Part shown: positions 45,119 through 57,538 of the stretch, piece by piece
How the letters are laid out: every line of letters begins with the position of its first letter
How positions within the stretch are numbered: position 1 is the stretch's first letter
DNA from: Ptychomitrium polyphyllum
Lineage: Eukaryota
NCBI GenBank assembly: GCA_973851085.1
Contig: OZ316776.1
Location: 4,526,001 to 4,590,000 of the forward strand
Reading direction: 5' to 3'
DNA length: 64,000 nucleotides
Notes under the pieces: model-generated
What the model saw: only the letters and a program-made list of their open reading frames with translations
What the model was told of the DNA's origin: nothing
Database searches by the model: none
Translations under genes and position numbers: made by a program

Positions 45119-45222
45119 TTGAGCGAGTTTAGTTGCTCGTCCCCTTGATGGTGATGCACTCGAAGGCACATTGAGCGAGTTTAGTTGCTCGTCCCCTTGA
45201 TGGTGATGCACTCGAAGGCACA
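45119..45222. repeat. Perfect 52-bp tandem duplication
   Basis: TTGAGCGAGTTTAGTTGCTCGTCCCCTTGATGGTGATGCACTCGAAGGCACA at 45119-45170 and 45171-45222. Confidence 0.95.
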
Positions 45223-45371
45223 GCATTCACCTCTTCCATTCAGCCATAAATTTCGTTGTTGCAGAAATAAAAGATTGCCATACATAACAATTTGAGTACC
45301 ACAACTATTATCAAACTTAAATCAAACACATAAGAAATAAAAAAGAAATCATAACACTTATATCAAGTGGC

Positions 45372-45445
45372 TATCACTTCACAAAGGGAGAATCCAAGAA
45401 TGTATATCATATCACTTCACTAAGGGAGAATCCAAGAATGTATAT
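45372..45445. repeat. 38-bp-period tandem duplication, one mismatch
   Basis: TATCACTTCAC(A/T)AAGGGAGAATCCAAGAATGTATAT at 45372 and 45410. Confidence 0.9.
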
Positions 45446-46688
45446 GATAAAAAAATCCCTAATAATATTTAATAGCTAAATTATCATATCTAAGCATAAA
45501 CTATAAGGAAATCTCTTCAAAATACTCACAAAATTTAACTTAACAAAGAATGTTTAAATTAACTGAGCTTCTTCACCTAATAACCTGCCCTAAACCCTAA
45601 TTGACACCAACAAGGTCAACCAACATGAAATTTATATTAAATGAATGAAAAATTCCCAAAGTTGAACTACACATTCTTCCAGCATGGCTTGACACCTAAT
45701 ACACACAACAGTGTTGTCGTATGTTCGTGCATTTAGTTCTGACCTTCTACAATGTTGCTCGTTTTGCTCATAAACATTGTTGTGGTGCCGGCCATCCTTG
45801 CCTTCACCCTGTAATTCTGCCTTTGGTATGCAGACGAAAGTATTGGCGAAGGACGAGGACGACAAATGAGCTTCGGATCCCACAAAGAGCAGCTTTAACA
45901 TCGACTTGGTTGGGCCCTGGACTCTAGCTATGGCTTGGAGAGTTGAGACGACGTCTATTGAGCTACAACGAGCTCCTAAAATTTCCAAACATGGCCTATA
46001 CATCATCAAACAGTGATGTGCCAAACAAACAATCGCACCGAACCTCACGCTCTAAACTAGATACAGACGTGCAGTGACTGGTAGTCACGGGGGTTCGAGG
46101 ATTATTCGTGTGATGGTTGGTCGGTGCAGATATCTTACAGCAGCTAAAAATTGGTGTTACTGACCAGTGAAGGCCACGCATTGTCGACCTCCTCAATTTC
46201 CCGAACAGCGATGTAGGATATTGAAAGTTGTTACAGAATACTTATTTTCCAGAACGACGGTCACACCGAGTGATGACCTCGTGTCCGTGGACCTCGTCTC
46301 AAGGGACTCAGAGGCGCAACTGCATTTCCTTTCTAAACTTGACTATTCCATTCTTCTCTAAGGAAACAGGTTCAAAACTTACACTAATTAAAACTAACGA
46401 ATAAGCGACGCTGATTACTGCAATGTGCACAACTTCGACCTCGACAAATGATAAGTTTTTCATAACAACATGAAGACAGGGGAACAGGTTTTAAACGAAA
46501 CAAATTCACAAATTCAAATCTCGAGTTTATAAACATATGTTACAACCTCGTAATTCTGAGGCTTGACTGTACTCCTGTACATAGTGTGAGGAAACAAATC
46601 ACTCTGAGGCTGTAGCAGCGTCCCTACACCTTTCACTATGAAAGTCTGTGGGTTTGCTGCAACTCCAAAAGTATGTGACTTGTTGCTA

Positions 46689-47683
46689 TCAACAGAACGA
46701 CTCGTCCAGAAAGCAGGCCATCGTCGCGTATGTACTGCCAGGGTTGTACAACTGAGAGAAAAGGGCTTCGTCGTAGACGACCACGTTGGGCATAGCCAGA
46801 GCCCTCACTTGGCATGCCGAAGGCGCGGCTTGCTCCTGTGACAGACGAATAACATGTTAATCACAAAGACAGGTATCCGAAGAAATGAACTGTCGAGATG
46901 TATGACCATCCAAGAGCGGCAGTAATCATCAAACTTAAATTACTGTAGAACAATACAGCACACTGGAACAGTATGACAAGGGAGGACGTACCATAACTTG
47001 CTGACTTGCAGTAGTTGGCATGACGTTGGCTGCAGAGGCGGTTTGATGCTCAATACTTTTCTGGAAATGTTTTCTGAGTGCTTGTACGGCCTCATTGCAG
47101 ATCAAGCTGAAGATACATAGCAAGGGTTAGAAACTTAGTGCCGATTGTTCGGTCACTCTGTGCACATGTGTCCATACCTAGGACTTTGACAAGTGCGATG
47201 GCTTATCCCCATATGCAAATGTGAGATACGTTTGGTCGCAAGTGAGGGCTACTCTCTCAAGGCTAGGTGAAGAAAAAGAGACATACCCCGAGGATCGCAA
47301 CCGCAGGTCTAAGAAATCGGCTGAAATCCATTGACTAGTAACGTCTTGGTAGTCTGCGCTTGACAAGTTGCACTCGTCCCCACCCTGCAATATCACATAT
47401 GCTCTATGAGAAGAACTTCAACAACGTATTACTTTATTGTCGATCAAGTAAAATAGCCTCCCTGATGCTTTGAGCAAATCATAGCAAATATCAATGAACC
47501 TGAATTGCACGATCCTACCGACGACTTCTGTTACAGAATGACATTTACCGGGAGTACGAGAGAGCTTCGTGGAGACAGAGTCCTCGCACGCCTGCACGAC
47601 GACGGCGATTCTCGCGCTCCAACCAATGGCGCTCCACCCGTAAACGTCGATGAGCACCCGACCGCTTGCATTGTCAAAGCCAT
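46689..47683 (-). CDS. Small protein of unknown function, 164 aa, probable plastid transit peptide; 4 exons (47683-47549, 47384-47287, 47106-46992, 46835-46689)
   Basis: Three GT-AG introns with good sites (CCG|GTAAAT, GG|GTATGT, ATG|GTACGT; TTGCAG, TTCAG, CACAG) and matching phases 0/2/0 give an open frame MALTMQAVGCSSTF...YNPGSTYATMACFLDESFC*. The N-terminus is Ser/Ala/Arg-rich and acid-poor. Confidence 0.7.
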
Positions 47684-50600
47684 CGATACCTCAGCGTATT
47701 CCTTTCTCCCTCTTTCCAGACTTCACAACACAAAACACGTTGACCGCTTACACTTCGAACAATCTGCAGCCAATGTGCATTAACACAATCAACCTTATCA
47801 ATCGAAGCGCCAATCCGAACCACAAAGAGCTACAAAACCTCCATTCATAGATCATTAACAGTGGCTCAACCATATCGCACGCACCCAACTTGCACTCAGC
47901 CGCACAATGGACCTAAAAACTGGGATTTTCAAGGATCTGGCCGCATACATGCAGCTAGATCCGAGTTGAGGACCCTTCTGCGCATCAACAACATACGGAT
48001 CGAAAGAATGTGAAGACTCGACCCACCAGGTGGAACCAAAATTCTTGATCGCGCTGATAGACGAGAGCTGTAAGTTAGAATAAACAATGCTTGAAGCTCC
48101 AGGAGTGTGTTATGTAAAACAGTGTCGACAAATGGCAGTGTGGTTAGCCAGAGCGTAGGCATATGACTCCCACGCTTCCGCAACCTAGGCTGGTGTGGCA
48201 TTAACAAGATAAGGACCTCCTTTACTTCACACGCGTGAACACTTGATTACAAATTAGCAGGATCTCATCACAGGCATCCAAAGTGACTTTGTCTACAGTT
48301 CGCATGCGGTAACATGAAACGAACGAATCATCTGTTAGCTAGCGCGATGTTACCATCGAACCTAACAGTCCCCATGAGCACTTTGGAGCTGGTTCTAAAG
48401 CCAGCCGTCTGATCTCCGCAGAGCGCATCGCAGACAGGCAATGCAACGAAGGGATAAGCATGCGCTCCGAGCAAGTAACCGTAACGATTAGTGCACTCTG
48501 AAGTCTCGTGACCAAGAAAGTCAATCCTCTCACTGATGTTGCACTTGAGTATTGTTATGGAAAGCGAGCTACTCAGCGGTGTTCGTTTTGTCAGTGCTTA
48601 TTACTTGCTAGTGAACATCAATCTACTGCAACTGATCTCAAACTTTTGAACTAAGATAATTGCATAAATACCGTCTGTCACTTTTTACAAGGGACTAGTT
48701 TTTTTTCCCTAGAATTTTTCGAAGGCAGTTCTCACGTATCAAAATGTGTAATTTTTAGAATTCGTATGAGTGAGTTAAGAATTTTTTGACTTTTGATGAA
48801 TTGCAATTTAAAAAGTGTAAGACTCTCAAAAAGACAACACACAAGGGATGATCCTTGGGTTGACACGTAGGCTAAAAATATGGACTCAAAGCTGTTGGTT
48901 GATGAGACAAAGTATGGGGTATTGTTTTCCTATCTGTCACGGTTTTGATTCAATTAATCTGCTTTACCTTTTTTTCTTTAGAACGTTTGAAGGCTCAATT
49001 GGAAACTACTGCAGGTTGCTCAAACCTTTGGCAAAGTGAGAGGAGGAACTGTAGAATGATCACTTGCTTATTGGTGCATGACGAAGACATGGTACTACAA
49101 CTGTACAGTGAATAGGGTGAACTCATTTCATAGTGCGTCCCAGAGGAGCGCCACCCATTGGGATGTTATTTGTGTGGCTGCCATTTCGTGCCGACTCAGC
49201 ATTGGGAGCATGATGCAGGGGGCGAATCACAGAGAAGTGGCAGCATGGTGGGGAGGTGAAAGCAGGGGAGCCTGTGCAATGGGTTCATGCTGCCAATGCG
49301 CAGTCTGCCAGAGTGGAGATATTTGGATTTGGACCTATGCGGTGGCACTTAACTGGAGCTCTTCTGAGTGCCACCTGGCTTGCCTAAGCTACCTGGAAAG
49401 GACCGGGTTCGGAGTTGAGGTGAGAGCTGATTGGCCAGAGAACAGGCACTTTACCGACTTCAAAGTTCTTATTGTTAAATTAAAAGAATAAGGGTGATGA
49501 AATAAACATGAGTCTACGTCTAGTGAAGGATGTGTATGTTTTGTGGATATGTGCATCTAGTGAACTTTCAATGGATAAGTGATTTTAATAATTTAAAATG
49601 TTAATCATTTATGTCCATCTAATCCATTCAATGTTGTAAAGACACTTTTTTTCTTTCCATTAATAATCAATATGTTCTTTTCTATAAATAAATTGATAAT
49701 TTAATTAAAATGTGATAAGAAATAACAATGAATGCTTTGGTTCAAAGGGACACTCTAGAATTATATGTAGTTATATTATTATAAAGTTAAGTAGATAGGG
49801 AAGATTTTGCCTCCTAATTTGAAATATTTGACCATGAGCATGCCACATCAAATCTTAGTGTGAACCAATAACAACAATATAAAGTGATATAATATAATAG
49901 TACATGAAAGAATAATAATATATGTTTTTTAGTTTTATTGTGAATTGAAGAATTGAAGGTTTATATGAATTCATTAATATATGTAATCTTTGTCCTTCGC
50001 TTCAAAATTAAGACATTTATAAAATCCAAATATAAGAGGGTACTAAATACATATTAGTTGTAAATGAAAATTAAATTTTATATTTTTTTTTGAATATTTT
50101 GACAAAATCTAATTTTCTTTTTAAACTAGTGTGGCAACCATCACATTTTCAATTTAACTTGGGTTTTTGTACAATTATAAAATTTTAAAAGTTAAAAAAA
50201 AATTAAAATATATAATTAAAAATTTTAAAAGTAAAAATCAACAACTAAAGAAAAAAGTTTTTAAAATAGTAAATACTAAATAACAAACAATTATAAATTA
50301 AAAATATATGTAACTCTTTTTTAAGTAAAACGTAAAACTCAACAATAAACAGTCAACAGTCAACAATTTAAAATATTACAAATAGTAAAAAAAAATCAAA
50401 AAAAAAAATAAAGTCAATCATGAATGCGGATGGATGGACAGCATGGACTATAAGGTAAAAGAAAAAAGTAAAACTTAAAATGGTCATCAGTGTAACTAGG
50501 TTGGCCACGCTTTAACGAAGACAAAAACTAAGCCCAGCTTTTAGGCTTGAATGAGCAATGAAGAGAAAAAAGCACTTCAGTTTTTTTTCAAGTTGCCAGT

Positions 50601-53071
50601 TTCTACCATCTTTCAGTTTCCACCAGAAATTATATTTCAGTGGCAGCTTGGAGAGATCAAATCTTCTTTTCATCCAAGTAAACTAGAAATATTTGACTTT
50701 GAATCTCTTTTGTGCTGAGCTACAGAGGACCAAGCTCATGCGATTCTATTTACAGTTGTAATCAAAGCAATGGGAGCGCTTGTTTTCTAGAAACATGGTC
50801 ACGTTCCATCATCAGAGGACTGCATTGTCGGTGGTTACTATTTTTCTCTCAGTGAGTCAGCTGTACAGAAATGTACTCGATCTATTTGTAGTTGGATCAG
50901 AAAAAGGAGATATTTTGTGTCGACATAAAATTAGACTGGAGTAGGCGGAAATGACGAGGCGTTGTTCTGTTTTGTTAAAAGTAATATTTTGTATACAGAA
51001 TAAACTTCAGTACTAAGATTTTAGTTGAACTCTAGAACCATGTCCTTCTCTCATTTCCCTTTCTTTATCTTTGAGGTTGCATAAATTGTGTGATTTTTGG
51101 AGAGAAAAAGTTTCAAAGAGAATCTGTACATGTTAATTCCTGAAGTGTTGGATCATTGTATGGTCACTTGAGTTGAAGAGTTGGTGGAGTTCATTTAATA
51201 AGACAATATGAAGTTAGATTTATTTGTAGCTTTGAAGATGTTTGTATTGATTATGTTAATAAAAAAACTTAACTTATGATAAGAAACAAGGTTAAAGTTC
51301 ACTTAGTGATAATTCTTAAAACATATTTAATTGACGTTTTATTGGAAATATAATAGAATAATAAAAATAATATTAGAAAAGTCTTTATAAATTATAGCAA
51401 AATGCACTGGCTCTTGAGAATCATTTGCCAACCTTGTGTTATGTGATGAAGAGACTGTTGTAGAGTTTATGTAGTGTTATGGAATTCATATAGAATTATA
51501 GATATAGAGTGTGTAATCTCAACTACAATATATAAAGGATGAGAGTACTCTATGTTACAAAGAAGTTGGAGTTATGAGGTATTTGATATTCACAATTAGT
51601 CTTCAATAATTTACAACTTGACATACATACAGAAATAGGTAAGGTGAAGAAAGGTTAAAATTTGGATATTACTCTTCTTGTTGTGATATACATGTAGATG
51701 GAAATTATCAAAATAGCATATGTTTAAACTATTTTTTTGTAATTTATAAAAGTTCTTGCAAAATTTTGTTGGTTGATGCAATAGCGCACCTTTTTAATTT
51801 GCAAAGTTTACTTACAAAAATACAATAACTTTGATCACTGTAGTTGACAACTTCCATTGTTAGATGGAGGTTATAGTCTAACTTTGATAATATGATACTT
51901 AATTGTACAACAACCTAATTATACAATACATTTTTGTGCAATTAAGTTGTTTAATTAAAATTTTCCTTTATAATCCAACTATGATAGATTGTAATATTAC
52001 AATTAAAACCCTCATACTAATGCTTAATGTAAATAAATTTTATCTAAAATGATGAATATTTGAAAAAAATATGGTATTTTATTCATTTATAATTGAAATA
52101 TATAAAAAAGGAACAACTAAGACTTATGTGGTGGCTAAGATGGATCACCATTAGGATTCAATGAAGGATCTTATTCCAATATAAGTAAACAATGTTGGAA
52201 GTAAAAATCCTCTTGCTTTATACTTCTATTGTTGTAATATTTGATAATCAACATAATATTGATAAAAATCCTTAAACCTCAATAATACAACACCAAATAC
52301 CATAAATATAATATAATCAAGAATGCAACATTTTAATTATAAGACAATTTTTTTTCCAAATCTTTCCAAAAAGAAAGCATAGGCCAAATCCCATATGATA
52401 CGGTTCGATACTAAAAGGACACATCCTATTTCGAGCAATACTTCACAATGAAATTCTAGTAAAACTCCGTAGATTCCAGCTACAGTGTCCTAGACATAAA
52501 AGGACCGATCTCCACTGATACTCCCAACTGCCAAAACTATCCATGCTACAGGCGAAACAATATCTGTTAGGATATGTATACTTGGAAGAACATGGTTTGA
52601 GCTACCAAAAGTAACCCTCATGAAGCCAGAAAGACCTCCAAGAAGAGACCAATGTCTCAAACTATGTTGACTTGAAGTCTGGTATACAGATGGTGGTAAT
52701 AAATACTATAGTGTACATCCAGATTCCAGACACTTCACCAACCCAAGATGTACTACTTGACTCCTCTCCGACATTTTTTAAGTACAAATTTGCACGACAT
52801 GGTAACACACCAGGTAGTACTAAAATTAAACGTAACAAAAACTGGAATGTTTCAGACGTACAAGGAGATTGTTTTACAATCAAAATCACCTCTAGAGGTT
52901 CTAGTGTATCAGACTATCAAAACTAATTCCGTCATTATACACAGGAAGAGCACGCCGAATTTTGTCACACTCGCAGGATTTCAAATAGACAGTATATGGT
53001 TCCTAACAATTCGATCTTGAGGAATGTACAAACAGAGATGCTAAATACCAAACAGGCGTTAGCAAGACCTC

Positions 53072-55514
53072 TTAAGCAACTCTAAAGGAGTCCACAATCT
53101 CCTTCAACGCAGGCGCATATTTCTTCCACTGACGCCCTGCAACAACCAAAAAATTTAACTATTACGAAAATTTCCAAGAACCAGATATCCAACATTCAAC
53201 CTTTCCTCTGTGTGATCCTAGCAAGTGGGAAAAATGGCAGATACACATTCCAGCACTCAGAAGGGTTCGGTAATCCAAAGGACATAAGCAATAGAATTTC
53301 AACCATGTAAATTTCAAACATCAGGCCGCCACTTTCACCTAGAACTAGGGCACAATATTCCAAATTAAATGGGAATTTTCATGTCAAGCGTACCGTTAGC
53401 AGTGACACTCATGAGATACAATCGATTTCCAGCAGCAGTAGCTGCGATGAGCACATGAGGTCCATCAAGCTCAAATTGATAGTAAGTTCGGCCGTCATAT
53501 TCCTTAACGTCCATAGACTTGACTTTTCCTTCAACATTTTGCCCAGTTATTTCTGGTCCAAAAGCGCTTATGACCTTATCCGGTGTCCCTACGGCTTCAA
53601 TTGTTGCATTGTCTCCAATTGCTGTAAAACAGTTGTAGTCAGTAGCGGTTCCAAAACAAAGAGTAGATTTGACAAAAAAAGCATGCCACAGCGGACGTCT
53701 GATTCGTGCAAACAGCTTTGCAACGAGGGCTTACTGCTAGAGAAACGTAATACAGGGGCTACAACCACGCTGATGTTGCCTTCTTGTGCGCTCTGAAACC
53801 GCAAGTCAATTTCCGTTCCACCAAGGTCGGCAATGGATACCGGCACCTGAAGGCATATCAGGAAACAAGATACTGGATATTCAATTATTTAAAATCTAAG
53901 TAACAAACTAAAGTTGATTGAAATATTGCCACGAGGAAAATGACATCACCACACATCAACTCTGCTACATCACACCCCAAAGTTAAACTGGTCACCCTAA
54001 TCAAGCAATTGCATACTATGCACAAAAAGGAATCCACATTCTCAACTATCAACCTGATCTACTTGTAAGCAATAGTCGAATGTCAACTTTTCCATTTATG
54101 TGCTTTCATGCACGCAGATAGCAACGCAGCGGAGACGCACAGGACGGTTACGAATTGAGATGTACAACAGCACACTGCAGTCAATTCAGAGGACCAACCA
54201 GGATCCTTGAAGACCATTGTTGTACTTACGAACCTACCCCTAGTTCAAGAACATTAGAATTACGAAGCCGGAAGTACCGTGTGATCAAAATAAATGTTCA
54301 TCGAATATTATCATGTAAATATAGTACACATCGGAGCCAATATGGTCATTTTAATAAATGATGATAAATCTTCGTTACAATGTACAGCCACATTTCAATC
54401 TAAATCTCTAAAAATCATGCTGTAATATCACAGGAACCATCCGGTAAAGTGATCGTCTATGGCCGCTCATTAAACTCACCTCCTCCCAGTCTTGAGGAAC
54501 TTTGAACGAGTATGGGGTCATCGGACTCCAGCCAACCCCATGCCCCCCTGACTTCCCATCTGGTCTTCTGTAAGTCCTCAGTCCTGCAACAAGGGAAAAC
54601 ACCGGTCAGCATAATCATATCATAGTCAGAGAAACCAACACGATGTTAAGGCCCGCCACGACCTCAGAAGGTAGATTGTCATCAGCGATAATTGAGCATA
54701 GAACAATCGTCCACCAAAAAATATTCTACATCCAAGAATAAACTCTTTCTGCTCAGAGCGAACGGGAACTATTAGCACTATGACGAGGAGAATTTGCCCT
54801 AAGTCAACACTCAAATAGGATCAGTTGTGGCGATGTTCGCCAACCTATGATTGATAACAGATTTAGGTCTTTGTAAGAAACGAGTGAAACTATATCGTCT
54901 ATGCAAGTTCTAATTGAATGTATTCTCCAGTTTCAATGTAGTGCCCTCAGTCTTAGACGAAGAAAAATATCACCTAGCCGTTCCTTGAGCCAGCCGGTGG
55001 AAGGCAAGGTCGAATTTCGATGATTAAGCGCGAATACAAAGCGCTCATGGAATTCACATTGCAGAAATTCAAAACTTAAATATATTTGTGCAGAGGTTAA
55101 ACATGGCAGTTGACAAAGAAGAAGAATAATGCAAAGGGAAGTACCATTTGAATCCGGTTCGGAGAGCCCAGGAATGCGACCGGCAAGTTGGTTCTGCTGC
55201 ACTGCAGACGCATGTTCAGACGACAAGACCAAAGCTGCCAACGCAGCTGCACTCACGGTTAGACTTGCCAACAGTCCTCTCCGGCTAACCACGGCGCCTG
55301 CCCTTTCCACTTCGCCTTCCACTTTCTTCGCTGTAAAATCAACACTCTGTACCTCTCCCGCTGCATGCCGAGCTTTCACAGAAAGCAGAAGCACAGACCT
55401 AACGCTACAACAATGATTTGAAACGCAATCCACCTTACGGCCCGTCACAAAAGTGCTCTCCGACGCGTCATGAGCAAGGACAGGGGTCCGAAACGCCCCG
55501 CTCAACACCGCCAT
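53072..55514 (-). CDS. PPD4: PsbP domain-containing thylakoid lumen protein (PPD4-like), 292 aa, 5 exons (55514-55145, 54583-54480, 53846-53735, 53621-53394, 53136-53072)
   Basis: AGRIPGLSEPD, RTYRRPDGKSGGHGVGWSP, VPVSIADLGGTEIDLRF, YYQFEL, ATAAGNRLYL match PPD4 as I recall it. Twin-arginine SRRGLL, hydrophobic stretch and ASA cleavage site. 879 nt in frame. Confidence 0.92.
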
Positions 55515-57538
55515 AGCTTCCGCTCAAAACTACCCTCGCTTCTACCTTCCTCTCAACCAAATAGAACTATAAATCCTTCCGACGCTAATGAACTCGTATC
55601 CAGAGAAACGACTATCCCTAAAGCGAAACCAGAAGCCTCCTCCCGAGACTCTCCGACAATGCTCCAATGACTGCGGCCAATTGCGGCAAGGAAGAGTTGA
55701 CGCAACAAACTTACAACAAAAATGTTCCGCTTGAGCTCCGCACTCGATGTAAGATTTGCAAGAAGGGCACAATACGGAAATGCAGCTGCACGGTCAGGTA
55801 GACTTCATGGCTGCCGCAACAGACGGCGCTAAGAGGCAGCAACCTTCCTTTCCTTTCCTTTCCAGGTGCAGGTGCGGCTCCCACGTCTCTAACATCCGGC
55901 AGCACGCCACGGCTCCTTCCTAGCCACGCAACGCAACTCTTCGTGATTCCGAAAAAGTGAGCAAACGCTTGTGCGTCTCCTGAGTCGAGCTTGCTGGGCC
56001 ATCTCCAAAATCAATGGCGATGGAGCACACGGAGCTTCGACACGCTCGCGACGCTGCAATCCTGTCCATTCTCCAAGATATCCCTGAGTATCATACCAGT
56101 ATTGCAACAATATCTAGAGAGCATACCATAAGTATTGGACGGGCATCGAGGTAGTGTAACCTAGATATCCAAAACGATATCCATGGCGCAGTGATTGCCG
56201 TGAGGTCGCTACCAGGTGTATTCCCCAACCTATCACTGGTCTAGAACATTCTACTCATTTACATCTTTCTAAATTAGTGATCTCTCTCGGTGATGAATGA
56301 GGCATCCATTTCAAGTTACAAAGGTTACAAAGGTTACAAAGGAGGTTCAAGTTCTCCAATCGTCACAAAACTCACAATAGATATGGAAAAGAATTTGTTC
56401 CAATTTGTATTACAAAAAATTTATTCTGTAATTTTCTAGAGTAAAGATCACTTAAATATATATGTACCTAAAAGGTAAATTTTTTATTTTTTTTAAATTA
56501 AAAATTCTAAGAATAAATGAAAATGATCTTGATATTTTAATCAAAAAAATAAGAAAAAACTAAGCATTAATATTATAATTATTATTTCATGATTTGCTAC
56601 TACAATTTGATTTATTTTTTAAATTTTATAAGTGCCAAATATATCAAAAAGCATCTACAATTACAAGCACATTAGAAAATTCTGAAACTTATATACAAGG
56701 TATATATCTAAATACAAAACTCATATATAATGTTTTTAATGAAAATTATCTAATGTAGATTTTATAGTCTATTGAATGAAATCTTTCTTAAGAACATAAC
56801 TGCTTTTATTATTGAAAAATTTAATAATGTTACTACCAATTTAATAAAGAATGCATTCCACACAAATTTTATTAAATCAATTCACATTTTGAATTAATCT
56901 ACCTACACAGAATCAACATTTTAAAATATAGTATCAAATGTTAATGCCTATATTAGCACAATAGGCTCAAAAGCAAATTGTTACTCATAAAAGAATCATG
57001 CATTTAATTTTTTTTGTAAAGCACTCTTTTAAACTTTTTTAATTGTAGTATCAAATTATTCTTTTTAAAATTAATTTAACAAAAAAATTATTTTATAACA
57101 CTTAACAACACCAAATCATGCTATATTTGAAATAATTTAAGTTGGTATATTAGAATTTAAAGAAAATTAGCATCCAATATTTAAAACCAAAATGACAAAT
57201 CTACCCAGTTATTCCAAAGTCAAATCATCAATTATAAATGAATGATTTGATTTGTGTAAAGTTATTATCATTCCATAAGATTGGCTTGATTTACCAAACT
57301 AGTTTAATCATTATAACATTTTAAACTCCCTTTATCTAGGCTATTCATAAATATTAAAATTAAACAAAAAAAATTGGATAAATCTAAATTTTTCAAAGAA
57401 ATTAATATTGCTATACCCATGGAACAACACCCTTCTTTTAATGAAATCATGGCTTCGACTTTTAACCATCATTCCCATCTCGCTAATGTCAACGATGTCC
57501 AAAATTCAAAGCAAAATCCACAAAACTGGAGAACTTAC

